Source of the DNA: a bacterium
Lineage (GTDB): Bacteria > Hinthialibacterota > Hinthialibacteria > Hinthialibacterales > Hinthialibacteraceae
Reading direction: 5' to 3'
NCBI GenBank assembly: GCA_963662285.2
Contig: CAXXMV010000008.1
Span: forward strand, 1,248,001 to 1,312,000
DNA length: 64,000 nucleotides
Below, in pieces: positions 1 through 11,049 of this stretch (position 1 is the first letter of the stretch; the number at the start of each line of letters is the position of its first letter). The notes beneath the pieces were generated by a model. That model did not search any database, was not told the DNA's origin, and worked only from the letters and a program-made list of their open reading frames with translations. Position numbers and translations under genes: made by a program.

Positions 1-135
1 CCATTGCTTCAGTCGCCGCCGCGCGGTAGGGATGGATCGTTCAAGAATCAAAGCAAGTTGATCGATTTTCATAACCTTCTTTTTCCGGAAAATCTGAAGA
101 ACAGCATCATCGATATTGTTTTTTGGAGACATCAT
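1..135 (-). CDS. Partial N-terminus of a hypothetical HTH-like protein running off the window edge
   Basis: GAGGT RBS, then ATG at 135. Reads MMSPKNNIDDAVLQIFRKKKVMKIDQLALILERSIPTARRRLKQW, an HTH-like pattern. Confidence 0.55.
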   Translation of the reverse strand, partial: MMSPKNNIDDAVLQIFRKKKVMKIDQLALILERSIPTARRRLKQW

Positions 136-639
136 TTTTTACCTCAATGATAAAGTATCTGCTATAAGCGCATTTTATACGTATACTTTATCATATTTCC
201 AGAGTAAATGACATCTTTTTTTGAAGCAAACATGGAATTTATTGGGATTTTTTAAAATAGACAGCGAGAAATTGCAATGCATATACTTGACCAGATAAAC
301 CAATCACCGCAGCAAGTATTTGACTTTGTTTAACTTAGAAAAATCCAACCTTTTGTTGGGATCATAGCAATTCAATATATTCGGTTCAATCTCAAATTCA
401 CCCAAATGTTCAATTAGACGGATGCTAATAGCGATTGACTTTTAAAGTGAAGCATTTGTTTTTCAATCATAGGGTATAACCAGATTATGAGCAGCTTTGC
501 ATACACCTCAAACCAAAGGGCAATTGGTATAATATTTCAAAACATAGAATTTCGGATCAAGAAATCTTTTTCTCCGAACCGATTTGGCCTACCGATCTGT
601 TTTAAAAGTATGGCGATGTTCTTGAAGAAACACTTAATT

Positions 640-1758
640 CTACAAAAACATGGAATCCTGCTTTTTCAACTCACGAACCGCATCCTTAACATTCTGAGCC
701 CGGTCATTCGCACAAACCAGAATTCCATCGTTCGTCGATACAACAATCGTATCCTCCATGCCAATCACACATACCGCCATCTTCTCTTTACCCGGTTCGT
801 TATAAACAACTACGTTTTTACAATCAATCAGTACTGGATCTCCGATTGGCGTGTTCCGGTTATCGTCACGCCTCCGGATTCGGGCAAGTGAATCCCATGC
901 ACCAACATCATCCCAACGAAAGTCTCCCAACGCGGCAAACACGTTATCCGCCTTCTCCATCAATGCGTAGTCGATCGATATATCCGGTAAGGATTCGAAA
1001 ATCCGGGCGATTGATTCCTCATTGTCCGGTTCTTTCCGGATAGCATCGGTTAAACGATCGACGCCATCCGCCAGTATCGGCTCTGCTTTACGCAATTCAT
1101 TCAGAAATGTCGAAATTTTCCAGAAAAACATCCCGCTGTTCCAATAATAAAACCGCGATGCTTGATAACGTTCCGCATCATCGAGACTTGGTTTTTCTAA
1201 AAACCGCTCCACTTTATAGATCGGAATACTCTGAAATTCGGAGAAGGGTTTATTCAATTGATTGATTTCGATATAACCGTATCCGGTTTCAGGCCGGGTG
1301 GGATGAACGCCAATGGTAATCAATGCATCATTATCGTGAGCGAATGTAAGTCCCGCAATAACTGTGTCTTTAAACCGCCCTCCATCACCGATCAAATGAT
1401 CGGCGGTTGTGACCGACATCAAATAGTCTTTCGCCTCTTCCCCAAACCGGGCCAAAATATGGGCAATCGAAAAAACGAGGCATCCCGCCGTGTTGCGTTT
1501 ATGGGGTTCTCCGATAATATTTTCAGGCGGAACCGACGAGATTGATTTCTTGACAGGCTCTACTAATTGAGTGTTTGTTGCTATGAAAATCCGATCATCG
1601 GAAACAATCGGCCGTAACCGATTAACCGCTTCTTCAAGCATCGAATCCGTTTCGCTCGCTAATTTCAGCAACTGTTTCGGACGTTTCTTCCGGCTGACTG
1701 GCCAAAACCTTTCACCCGCTCCCCCCGCCATGATTACGGCAACGACTGGACGATCCAT
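640..1758 (-). CDS. manC: Mannose-1-phosphate guanylyltransferase
   Basis: Motifs IMAGGAGERFWPVSR..PKQLL, EPHKRNTA, PETGYGYI, FLEKP, WNSGMF, SIDYALMEK, WDDVGAW. Confidence 0.93.
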   Translation of the reverse strand: MDRPVVAVIMAGGAGERFWPVSRKKRPKQLLKLASETDSMLEEAVNRLRPIVSDDRIFIATNTQLVEPVKKSISSVPPENIIGEPHKRNTAGCLVFSIAHILARFGEEAKDYLMSVTTADHLIGDGGRFKDTVIAGLTFAHDNDALITIGVHPTRPETGYGYIEINQLNKPFSEFQSIPIYKVERFLEKPSLDDAERYQASRFYYWNSGMFFWKISTFLNELRKAEPILADGVDRLTDAIRKEPDNEESIARIFESLPDISIDYALMEKADNVFAALGDFRWDDVGAWDSLARIRRRDDNRNTPIGDPVLIDCKNVVVYNEPGKEKMAVCVIGMEDTIVVSTNDGILVCANDRAQNVKDAVRELKKQDSMFL

Positions 1759-1905
1759 GTAAACGCTCTCCTGACTATTACTATTTATTTTGTATATGCA
1801 ATGATGATATAAGGTAGATTATGCAAGTAATATTTACTTAGTTGATCCGTTGGGCCGCCACAAAATCAGAAAAATTGGTTTCTGGAGTGGATGTGGATTT
1901 GTCTT

Positions 1906-2229
1906 CTATTTCATCTTATAGTGCACTATCTCTTCTTCTAATTTGGAGATTTTGTCTAACAAATCAAAGACAAGCCCAATCCCATTCAGGTTGATTCCAA
2001 GATCATTTCGCAATCTAAGGATCTTCTGTATACGGGGAACAACACTTACATCAAAAATAAGTTTGGGTTTTTCATGAACCGGATCGATCAGACCCAATGT
2101 AACGAACCGGCGAATCATGTTTGGATGAAGATCGACATCTCGTGCGACTTCGTGGATATCCAGTAATTCAGCTATACAGGTTTGTGTGGTTACAACAATC
2201 GAGTATTGAACGTTCATTTTAGGCTTCAA
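1906..2229 (-). CDS. cbpM: Chaperone modulator CbpM (MerR-like HTH)
   Basis: [29 protein letters not shown] motif; overlaps the stop codon of the cbpA-like gene. Confidence 0.85.
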   Translation of the reverse strand: MKPKMNVQYSIVVTTQTCIAELLDIHEVARDVDLHPNMIRRFVTLGLIDPVHEKPKLIFDVSVVPRIQKILRLRNDLGINLNGIGLVFDLLDKISKLEEEIVHYKMK

Positions 2230-3203
2230 TTCCGGTTGGATCGTGGATTAAACGATGAATTTTCTTTTAATTTCGTATAAAGATCTTCTTCAGTTTTTGT
2301 TAGTTCATTAGGAATATAAACTTTGAGTTTGATCAATAGATCTCCCCGGAATCCGTCTCTTTTAGGTAATCCCTTTCCGCGGAGACGAAGTTTATGTCCA
2401 CTTTGCGAACCTTTTGGAATGGTGATTTTTCCGGTATCGATAAATGTTTTAAAGTCAACAGTGGCGCCTAGCGCCGCTTCCCATGGTGCGATGGGCAATA
2501 CTGTGTATAAATCGCTTCCTTTAACTAAAAAGCGTGGATGGGGAGATATGTGAACTCGGAGAAACAAGTCGCCTAACGGTCCTCCTCCCATTCCTTTTCC
2601 ACCTTCTCCTGCTAACCGCATGATAGAACCCTCTCTAACTCCGGGCATAATTTTAACATCGTATTTCTTCTTCTTTTGCTCATACTGTCCTTGACCGATG
2701 TCTTCATTAACCGTTAAGAAGAAAGGTTTCGTGACGCCATGAAAAACTTCTTCCAGCGAAATCGTAAAATCGGCTTCGTGGGATGCGCCGGCTCTAGACC
2801 GAGATGCGTTCTGTTGAAGGTCGTCCGATATGCCTTCTTCACCGAAGAGTATCTTAAAAAAATCGCTAAAATTAGTTCCATCCCCGCCTTTGAAGAAAAA
2901 CGTATGGGAATGGGTATCCGGTTTCTTGGTTTTGAACTGCGTTTCCCAACTAGGAGGCGGTTGAAATTCATCACCAGCTTTCCAATCTGAACCCAACGCA
3001 TCGTATTTTTTTCGTTTTTCAGAATCTTTCAAAATCCCATAGGCTTCATTGATTTTCACAAACTTTTTTTCTGATTCGGGTTCGTTGTTTACATCGGGAT
3101 GATATTTTCTGGCTAGTTTTCGATACGCATGCTGAATCTCCTTCTGTGATGCCGTTCGTGGAACACCGAGAATGCTGTAGTAATCCTGAAATGATACTGC
3201 CAT
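2226..3203 (-). CDS. cbpA: DnaJ-class chaperone / curved DNA-binding protein CbpA
   Basis: J domain ([17 protein letters not shown]), DnaJ C-terminal domain ([17 protein letters not shown]), no zinc finger; paired with cbpM. Confidence 0.9.
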   Translation of the reverse strand: MAVSFQDYYSILGVPRTASQKEIQHAYRKLARKYHPDVNNEPESEKKFVKINEAYGILKDSEKRKKYDALGSDWKAGDEFQPPPSWETQFKTKKPDTHSHTFFFKGGDGTNFSDFFKILFGEEGISDDLQQNASRSRAGASHEADFTISLEEVFHGVTKPFFLTVNEDIGQGQYEQKKKKYDVKIMPGVREGSIMRLAGEGGKGMGGGPLGDLFLRVHISPHPRFLVKGSDLYTVLPIAPWEAALGATVDFKTFIDTGKITIPKGSQSGHKLRLRGKGLPKRDGFRGDLLIKLKVYIPNELTKTEEDLYTKLKENSSFNPRSNRN

Positions 3204-3227
3204 AATTACCTGCTTATTCGTGGAAAA

Positions 3228-3603
3228 TCAACTCACGTTTTGAATCCAAATGTTTTCTAAATATGCATGAATTATATCAATTAATTCAGATAAATTTCCT
3301 GACTTTATTACAAAAGAGTCAACGTATTCCTGAAGAAATTTATATATCTGACAAGGCGGTTCATAGAGAGCGACAATGAGTACACGGGAATTTATACTTT
3401 TAAAACATATAAAACAAGAGAGAAGAGCAATAAGCGATTATTGGGGTGCATAAATGGCGATTATATCTAAATCCGTTTTTTTGAGTCATCGTATCGAAAT
3501 CAAGATATCGTTCAACACGAACTTTATACCCTTCCTCAATTAATGCGTCATGATAAAGTATTAATGAATGATTATTATTTTCAATCAATAGGATATTCTT
3601 CAT
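3228..3603 (-). pseudogene. Degraded response-regulator receiver domain
   Basis: Starts MKNILLIENN..LIEEGYKV. After an A7 run a second frame continues DLDIIAIY, then a TAA, then VDSFVIKSGNLSELIDII to TGA at 3228. Confidence 0.55.
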
Positions 3604-3706
3604 TTTACTATCTCGTTTCTGGATTAAATGTGAACCACGCATTCTGATTTTGGCGCCAAGAATAAATTTTTGACTAACGGTTCGTTATACTCCTCATGAC
3701 GTGTTA

Positions 3707-4048
3707 TCAATTTTCAATTTCCCGTTCCGCGTTTCGGACAACATGAAGTCCCTCTTTTTTCCAAGGGTAGCCTTGTTTCCCTGGTTGATTGTGGTTTGTC
3801 CGATTATCTTCCTGGAATCTCTTATGCAAGACCTTGATTATTTTTCTCTTGATTTTATTTTTCCCATCTTCACTGTCCATGAGATTCCATAGGCATTCCA
3901 TGATTTCCCGCTCAAGATCCAGTGCATCATCCTGGTTGTCGCTCAATGCAAGCGATATGGAATAACACATCTCCTCACACGAAAATAGAATTCTCTCAAA
4001 CTTTTTTGCATCTATTACTTGCTTCATGACGTGCACCACACATTTCAA
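3707..4048 (-). CDS. Hypothetical protein resembling ECF sigma region 2 only
   Basis: FERILFSCEEMCYSISLALSDNQDDALDLEREIMECLW matches the ECF sigma2 pattern (LY..A..L..N..DAEDL.QE.F...W); no region 4. Confidence 0.45.
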   Translation of the reverse strand: MKCVVHVMKQVIDAKKFERILFSCEEMCYSISLALSDNQDDALDLEREIMECLWNLMDSEDGKNKIKRKIIKVLHKRFQEDNRTNHNQPGKQGYPWKKEGLHVVRNAEREIEN

Positions 4049-4105
4049 AAAAGACTTGATATTCCAAAGATTTAAATATTTCCTAACGCATGCATTTAAT
4101 GGAAT

Positions 4106-4540
4106 TTATATTCCGCAATTCTGCAGACCTTCTCTTGCGGTATCAGCCAAAAAGAACTGGCGTATGATACCAATTAAAACATTTAAATCGAAGGGTTTTT
4201 TGAGGAATCCAATGCAATCTCTAGATTTTGCATCTGATACCATTGTCTCATCGAGGTTACCTGAAATTAGTAACGACGGTAATTTAATGCCTTTCATTCT
4301 CAATTCATCTATGAGAGCCAAGCCTGTAAGTTTCGGCATATTAAAATCCGTTATAAGTAAATCAACTTTCTTCATATGTTCACGATTGCTTGCTAATATG
4401 AACAATGCTTCTGTACTGTTATTTACCTTTGTTACTTGAAATCCTTCATCACTTAGAGAACGGGATATTAATGAAAGAATAGTTTCATCGTCATCGACTA
4501 TCAGAATGTGCTTTTCATAGATCGTTTCTGTTTTAAGCAT
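4106..4540 (-). CDS. Single-domain response regulator
   Basis: ILIVDDD, DLLITDFNMPKLTG, ISG, FLKKPFD. Confidence 0.88.
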   Translation of the reverse strand: MLKTETIYEKHILIVDDDETILSLISRSLSDEGFQVTKVNNSTEALFILASNREHMKKVDLLITDFNMPKLTGLALIDELRMKGIKLPSLLISGNLDETMVSDAKSRDCIGFLKKPFDLNVLIGIIRQFFLADTAREGLQNCGI

Positions 4541-4649
4541 GATAATCTATTACCTATAAGAGTTAATATTTAAATTATAGTCCTCGCCCGATAATTCAGA
4601 TATCATCAAAAAAATCTCACCTATAACAATAATACTGTATCAAACAAAA

Positions 4650-4676
4650 GTAAAATTCCGGTAAAACTCCGGTAAA
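4650..4676 (-). promoter_or_regulatory. Three 11-bp-phased GTAAA direct repeats (OmpR-family-like operator)
   Basis: GTAAA at 4650, 4661, 4672; the same motif recurs at 8669-8706 and 10841-10856. Confidence 0.6.
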
Positions 4677-4704
4677 AAATAAGTAAAGCATCCGAGGGAA
4701 CATT

Positions 4705-4742
4705 AAAAAAAACGGCCCATTTCCGAAAAAATGGGCCGCTTT
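4705..4742 (-). terminator. Rho-independent terminator of the ice-binding protein gene
   Basis: CGGCCCATTT..AAATGGGCCG stem with a T-run on the minus strand, just after the stop at 4759. Confidence 0.75.
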
Positions 4743-4758
4743 GACTATGCAAGATCAA

Positions 4759-7700
4759 TTACTCCTGACTGAAACTTACAGGACCTGAGTTCCGGAAGGG
4801 TCCATAGAATTGTTTGTTATCCGTTTCAATAACGGTTTTCAGTTGAAAAACCAGAAATTCGTAGGACTGTTCAAACTGTGGGCCCGAACGGAAATTAGAC
4901 GCTGTAAAAGACGATACTGTTTGTTTCCAAGCAAACTTAGTATCCAGCCCATTTCCAGTTCTCCCTAGATATGCAATGTCTGCGTTGTTCACTTTTACAT
5001 AAACATGAATATCTTTGACATTATTACTGTCTGGGATATCGCTATTGTCAAAGTTCCAGCGAATAACGAGTTCTTTCGCGTTTTCCGGGTCTTTGTCTTG
5101 CTTGTTGGACACGTCGATTAGCGAATCCGCATCGTCTGTTACAGTAACTGCCGGAGCGAGCGTGACCATTCCGCTCAGGAACGGACCCAGCGGAAACTTG
5201 CCGCTGCGCAATGCGAATATGCCGAATTGGTGTGTGCCATACGGCGCGTTATTCCAACTGAAGGTGTTGGCGGAACCGCCGCTACCCGTTCGCCCGATGT
5301 ATTGGCCAGGGCCACTAGGAGCAAACGCGTCTATTTTATAGACATGGTAGTCGATCGTGTTATCCGAACTCTCCGGCGGTATGACCTGCCAGCCAATTGT
5401 CAGCGCCCGCTTTTTCCTCGCATCGTAGTCAATCCCTCCGCTTAAATCAGTCACGGAAGTGTCATTGTCATAAATACCGATATTCATCGGAATAGTTGGG
5501 GCAATGTATGTGAGCGGTAAAGAATATTTCCAATCGCTCGGTTCACCATTGGCGTTAAGACCACGCAGGTAGAAGACATAAACGCCTGCATCTTGTTCGG
5601 TCAAATTCAACAGTACGTCCTGATCCGGTTTAGCGATATTGCCGCTAAACTTTGATACGTAGACGCCGTCGCGATAGGTGTGCAGCATATGGAATTCGTT
5701 CCCGCTGCTTGGCCAGCTCACCTTGATTTGCGATTGATTGATTTGCGCGGCCAGTACGGACGATGGTTTAACCGGTGGTGAAATTTGCATCGCGGTTGGC
5801 GTCGGCAAAACCGGTATCGGAGTGCTCGTTGCTGTTGGCAAAATCGTTATCGGAGTGCTCGTTGCTGTCGGCGGAACCTGTATTGGAGTGCTTGTTGCTG
5901 TCGGAGTTGAAGGAACCGGCGTTTCCGTAAAAGTAGGCGTAGGTGTTGCATTGCTTATAACGCCCACAATCGCGTTGGAATCCAGAGTGACAGCGCCATT
6001 TATCGCCAAGGCTCTGCCGTCCAGCGTTGCGCCGGTATTGAAGGATATTGATTGATAAGCCAAGATGGTTCCCTTAAAGACAGAGGTTGTACCAAAAGTT
6101 GCCGAAGTGCCGACCTGCCAAAAGATATTTGAAGCTTTGGCGCCTCCGGTCAGGATAACCTTGCGGCCGTTTGACACGGTGAGCGTACTGGCTATCTGGA
6201 AGATAAAAATGGCGTCGGGTTCACCAAATGCGTCAAGAGTAAGATCTCCCGACGATATTTCAAAAGAGGACGTAGTTTTAAACAGGCCCGGATAGAGCGT
6301 CCATCCGCCCAGATTTCCAGACATGGTGACTAGCGCCGATCGTCCGGCTACATCATTATATGCGGCAGTTAGGTCTGCTTGAGCCTGGGATGCTGTATCA
6401 TCGCCGGCATATATCGTCCCGCTCACTATGCCGGGAGGGAATCCAGTTATTTCCGAACCAGGACTCACTCCAATATCGCCAGTAATCGTAGTGCCAACAC
6501 TGACGACGTTGGTAATCGTTGAACCAGCCAGAACTGCAAAATCGCCTGCCGATCCTAGATCAACTAGTTCTTCGCCTTCCATTGGCGTCAATGGCGTCGT
6601 TGTGGGAGTCGGTGTTGTTGTTGGCGTATTTGTCACCGTTGGAAGAATGGGCGCTAATGTTGGCGTCGGCGGTTGCGCCGTATTAGTTGGCGTCGGTGTC
6701 GATGGCGCTAGGGTCATCGTCGGCGAAGGCGTAGCGGTGGACATCGGTTTATTGGTCGGTGTTGGCTCCGGCCGGTCATCCACTTGTATAGAAATTTCCT
6801 TTTGAACCACTCCGCCCTCCCCGTCATCCGCTAGGAAAGTAACCTGATGCATGCCGGCTTGGTCGTATTGTGGTATCCAACTAAATAAAGGTGAAACAAA
6901 TTTGGCTCCATTTGGGAGAAAGAGCGCTGTTATGGTCACAGCATCAGGCCCGCTGAAAGCGACATTAAACTTTAACAATTCTCCCTCACCTGTAATTTGG
7001 TCAACGGCGACAATGTAACTAGTTGGCAATGGCGTCACCGTTGCAATTGGCGTTTGGGTTGAAACCGGAGTATTGGTCGGTGTTGGCTCCGGCCGGTCAT
7101 CCACTTTTATAGAAATATTTCGTTGCTCCACTCCGCCATGCCCGTCATCCGCTTGGAACGTAGCCAGATGAGTGCCGGCTTGGTCGTATTGTGGTATCCA
7201 GTTAAAGCGAGGTGAAACAAAGGTAGCTCCTTCAGGGAGATTAATGGCTGTAAGAGTCACCTGATCTCCATTCGGATCAGTGTATTCGACAATAAATTTT
7301 AATAATGCACCCTCTTCTGTAATTTGGTCATCGACGAGGATGGTGGGAGTATCATTAGGCGGCCACGGTGTTGTCGTCGGTGTGTTGGTATTAACCGGCG
7401 TTGGCGTTGGCTCATCCGGCGTTGGCGTCGGCACGTCCGGCGTTGGCGTCGGCACGTCCGGCGTTGGCGTTGGCTCATGCGGCGTTGGCGTTGGCTCATC
7501 CGGCGTTGGCGTTGGTGCATCCGGCGTTGGCGTTGGCGCTTCCAGCGTTGGCGTTGGGGCTGGCGCTTCCGGCGTTGGCGTTGGCGCTTCCAGCGTTGGC
7601 GTTGGGGCTGGCGCTTCCGGCGTTGGCGTTGGCGCTTCCAGCGTTGGCGTTGGGGCTTCCAGCGTTGGCGTTGGCGATTCCAGCGTTGGCGTTGGGGCTG

Positions 7701-8548
7701 GCGCTTCCGGCGTTGGCGTTGGCGCTTCCAGCGTTGGCGTTGGCGATTCCAACGTTGGCGTTGGAGTCGGTGCTACTGGCGCTATAGGCAACGTAATGAT
7801 GTTGTTGTCCATTGTGACTGCGGCTGTTCTCGCCAAAGCTCTGCCTTCCAGCGTTGCGCCGGCATTGAAAGTGATTGCTACTTGAGCCAAAATGGTTCCC
7901 TTAAAGACGGCCGTCGTACCAAAAGTCGCCGAACTGCCGACCTGCCAAAAGATATTGTAAGCGCTGGCGCTTCCGCTCAGGATAACTTTGCGGCCGTTTG
8001 TTACGGTTAGCGTGGTTGCCATCTGGAAGATGAAGACGGCGTTGGGGTCGCCCTGGGCGTCGAGAGTGAGATCTCCCGACGATATCTCAAGCGAGGACGT
8101 CGATTTATAGAGGCCCGGATAGAGCGTCATCCCCCCCAGATTTCCGGCCACGCCGGTCGGCGCCGTTACTCGTCCGGCGGCGTCATTATACGCGGTAGTT
8201 AGATTGCTTTGGGCCGTTTGCGAAACAACAGTGCCCGCTTCTATATCCCCGATTATTACGCCAGGACCGAAACCAACCACTGCAGAACCTGGAAAAACTC
8301 CAATATCTCCAGTAACCACGGTGCCCACACCGGGGACGTTAGTAACCGTAGAGTAGGCCAGAACCGCGAAATCGCCTGCTGATCCTAGTTCTACTGGATC
8401 TTCAGCCGCTATAACGGTTGTCGCAAAACTCATCAGCAAAACTCATCAGCAAAAGAATACATAATCCGAAGATATGTAGTTCTCCCCTCCGAAAATGAAT
8501 CTCGCGCGCCCCCGAATTCATACGGTCTACTGCGTTTTCTTTCAACAT
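4759..8548 (-). CDS. Secreted multidomain ice-binding protein (2x DUF3494, Pro/Thr linkers, 2x Ig-like, FN3-like and C-terminal beta domains); signal peptide frameshifted
   Basis: Two DUF3494 copies (LGSAGDFAVLA..GDLTLDA.G.P.A.FIFQ..NIFWQVG.SAT.GT...FKGTILA). Open frame 4759-8439; the likely true ATG at 8548 (RBS AAGGAG) is out of frame because of a 13-bp duplication. Confidence 0.88.
7395..7772. repeat. Coding minisatellite, 21/27-nt units encoding EAPTPTP-type linker
   Basis: Many tandem GGCGTTGGCGTTGG-containing units. Confidence 0.9.
8423..8454. repeat. 13-bp tandem duplication GCAAAACTCATCA x2
   Basis: Copies at 8423-8435 and 8436-8448, plus a partial GCAAAA. Confidence 0.95.
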
Positions 8549-8668
8549 GTTTTTTTTCTCTCCTTTTTTATATTTAATTACGCTATGATTTGCCTGGAAA
8601 TTCGCGTGGTATTACTAGTACAATGGATAATCTGGCTAAAGACACAAAATGTAATATGACACACAAAA

Positions 8669-8706
8669 GTAAATTCCAGGTAAAACTCTCGTAAAATCTT
8701 AGTAAA
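8669..8706 (-). promoter_or_regulatory. Four 11-bp-phased GTAAA direct repeats upstream of the ice-binding gene
   Basis: GTAAA at 8669, 8680, 8691, 8702. Confidence 0.65.
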
Positions 8707-8873
8707 GAAATTAAGGGATTTGATTGGATGCATCCAATGATCGAATGTCCTGAAAAAGTGCTAAAAGAATATTCCATAACATGTAAGACCATTTATCTCA
8801 TGATATGTAGAATAGAAGAAAGTAATGTGTTATGATATAAATTCTATTATTTGAATCACATGATCCTGGGGAA

Positions 8874-9998
8874 ATGCCCATGAAAGTAGCCGAATCCATC
8901 TTGAGATCACTCCAGCAGCCCGTTCTCGTTTTGGACAAAACTTTACAGCCCCTGATCGCCAACCCTGCTTTTTTTCAAATGTTCGGTCTGCCGCCAACCA
9001 GTTTGGATGGTGAATATATCTCTGAATTAATCTCCGGAAAGATTTGCAAACCTTCTTTGCGGACAGTTATTGAATCTACCAGCACAAATGACAGGAACGG
9101 GGGAGACAGTGTGGTTGTATGTACGCTACGGATGGGAAAGCAAATTTATCTGTTGGTGAATGCCCGTTACATTCATGAGAGCGATCTGCCAGAGATGATT
9201 CTTTTGGAATTGCGTAATATTACAAGAAAAAAAGAGGCCGAGTTAAAAATCCAGGAATTAAACGATGCGCTCCAAAAACATGTGGCCACTGTGGATGCGA
9301 TAAACAAAGAACTGGAGTCGTACAGCCATTCCGTGTCGCACGACTTGCGCACACCCTTGCGGTTTGTAAACCGGATTGCGCATTTACTGCTTCATGAACC
9401 AGGAACAAACCTCTCGGATACTGCTATTCAACAAGTAAACATGATCCTGCAAGCCACAACCGAAATGGGACGGCTGATTGAGAATCTGCTCGTATTCTCA
9501 CAGGTAAGCCGTGAGCCACTTAAAAAACGCAGCGTGGATCTGCGAAAACTGTTTCTGGAGACAGTGAAGGAACTTGAGAACGAGCAGGAAGACCGCGATG
9601 TTGAGATCGTGATTCAAGATTTGACGCCGTGCCATGGCGACCGAATCCTCATGAAAGAGGTCGCGTCGAATCTGATGGCAAACGCCCTGAAATTCACTCG
9701 GCAGCGCAATAGGGCAAGAATTACAATAGGTTGCACGGAGACAGACGAAGAAACTATTTATTTCATAAAAGATGATGGAATCGGATTTGACATGAGTAAC
9801 TCTGATTCTCTCTTTCATCCATTTCACAAACTTCACACAGCGGCAGAATTCGAGGGGACAGGAATTGGTTTGGCTCTTGTCAAGCGTATCATTGAGCGGC
9901 ACGGAGGCCGGATATGGGCGAAAGGCGAAATCGATAAGGGCGCGATTTTCTATTTTACCCTGGGAATAAGACAATCCGGCAATAGAATACATGAGTAA
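8874..9998 (+). CDS. PAS-domain sensor histidine kinase
   Basis: H-box SVSHDLRTPL, N-box NLMANALKF, G1 DDGIGFD, G2 GTGIGLALV; N-terminal PAS-like region. Confidence 0.92.
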   Translation: MPMKVAESILRSLQQPVLVLDKTLQPLIANPAFFQMFGLPPTSLDGEYISELISGKICKPSLRTVIESTSTNDRNGGDSVVVCTLRMGKQIYLLVNARYIHESDLPEMILLELRNITRKKEAELKIQELNDALQKHVATVDAINKELESYSHSVSHDLRTPLRFVNRIAHLLLHEPGTNLSDTAIQQVNMILQATTEMGRLIENLLVFSQVSREPLKKRSVDLRKLFLETVKELENEQEDRDVEIVIQDLTPCHGDRILMKEVASNLMANALKFTRQRNRARITIGCTETDEETIYFIKDDGIGFDMSNSDSLFHPFHKLHTAAEFEGTGIGLALVKRIIERHGGRIWAKGEIDKGAIFYFTLGIRQSGNRIHE

Positions 9999-10017
9999 AA
10001 TACGGTAAGGCACAACT

Positions 10018-10737
10018 ATGGCTTCAAAAAAGAAAATTTTAATCGTGGATGATGATCCACAGATCGTGCGGGATATCCAATCCCATCTTGAGAATCTTGG
10101 CTATGAGGTGGCAACCGCCAGGGATGGGCTTTCAGGGCTGGAACTCGCCCGATCGATTTTACCGGACCTCATAATACTAGACATAACCTTTCCTATTTCC
10201 ACCATATCAAGAAACCACACAGTTGATGGTGTGGAATTGCTTCGAAATCTGCGAGAGTCGAGCAATGTTCCAATCCTCATGCTGAGCAGTACAAACATAT
10301 CCGCTGTTAGAGTGATGGCGCTCAATATTGGAGCGGATGATTATGTATCTAAACCATTTGAAATTCAAGAACTTAGCGCTCGGATTGAAGCGATTTTGCG
10401 CAGGACTGGACAGAATTTGTCAGAGGAAAATGTTCTGAGTTTTCACCGTTTGCGGTTGGATCCTGGAGAAAGGCATGTTTGGAAAAATAACCAGCTCGTT
10501 GAACTCACCGGTATTGAGTTTGATATCCTATATATGCTTGCCCGACGTCCCAACCATGTATTCACCCGTGACACCATCATTGAGCATGTTTGGGAAAGTG
10601 AAAGTTGCTGCGTTTCAAAAGCCGTCGATGTTCACATTGGACATATTCGAAGGAAAATTGAAGATAATCCAAGCAGTCCTGCATTCATAGTTACCGTGCG
10701 TGGAACCGGTTACCGGTTCGAAGACGAACCCGTGTAG
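10018..10737 (+). CDS. OmpR/PhoB-family DNA-binding response regulator
   Basis: Receiver domain (ILIVDDD, DLIILD, GADDYVSKPF) plus winged HTH (VDVHIGHIRRKIE..IVTVRGTGYRF). Confidence 0.93.
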   Translation: MASKKKILIVDDDPQIVRDIQSHLENLGYEVATARDGLSGLELARSILPDLIILDITFPISTISRNHTVDGVELLRNLRESSNVPILMLSSTNISAVRVMALNIGADDYVSKPFEIQELSARIEAILRRTGQNLSEENVLSFHRLRLDPGERHVWKNNQLVELTGIEFDILYMLARRPNHVFTRDTIIEHVWESESCCVSKAVDVHIGHIRRKIEDNPSSPAFIVTVRGTGYRFEDEPV

Positions 10738-10840
10738 ACAGTTTTCATCTTTCAACCTTTTGGAACGTCAAAAATATGGGGTTTTTACCCTTTCTTCTTT
10801 TATTTGTTGTTTCCCTATAAATTCAATTCATTAATGAACC

Positions 10841-10856
10841 TTTACCGAAAGTTTAC
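10841..10856 (+). promoter_or_regulatory. TTTAC-N6-TTTAC operator-like repeat
   Basis: Same 11-bp-phased motif, with the same orientation relative to the downstream gene as the sites at 4650 and 8669. Confidence 0.5.
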
Positions 10857-11049
10857 CCAAAAACCATCTCGGAACAATAATATTGTGACATGAAGGTTCA
10901 CAATATTATACCAATGGTAAATAGAAATATACGTTAAAGGAATCGGATAACCCACTACTAACGGACTAATTCCACCTTTTACAACGGATATTCTAAATTT
11001 CAATTGGTATTATTACCATATATTCTTTTCAAGAAATTGAGAATTTCCA

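Noticed and set aside
7280-8010. Long + strand ORFs rich in RRWRW, GVGV or ALAL
   Set aside because: Antisense shadows of the Pro/Thr minisatellite in the ice-binding gene.
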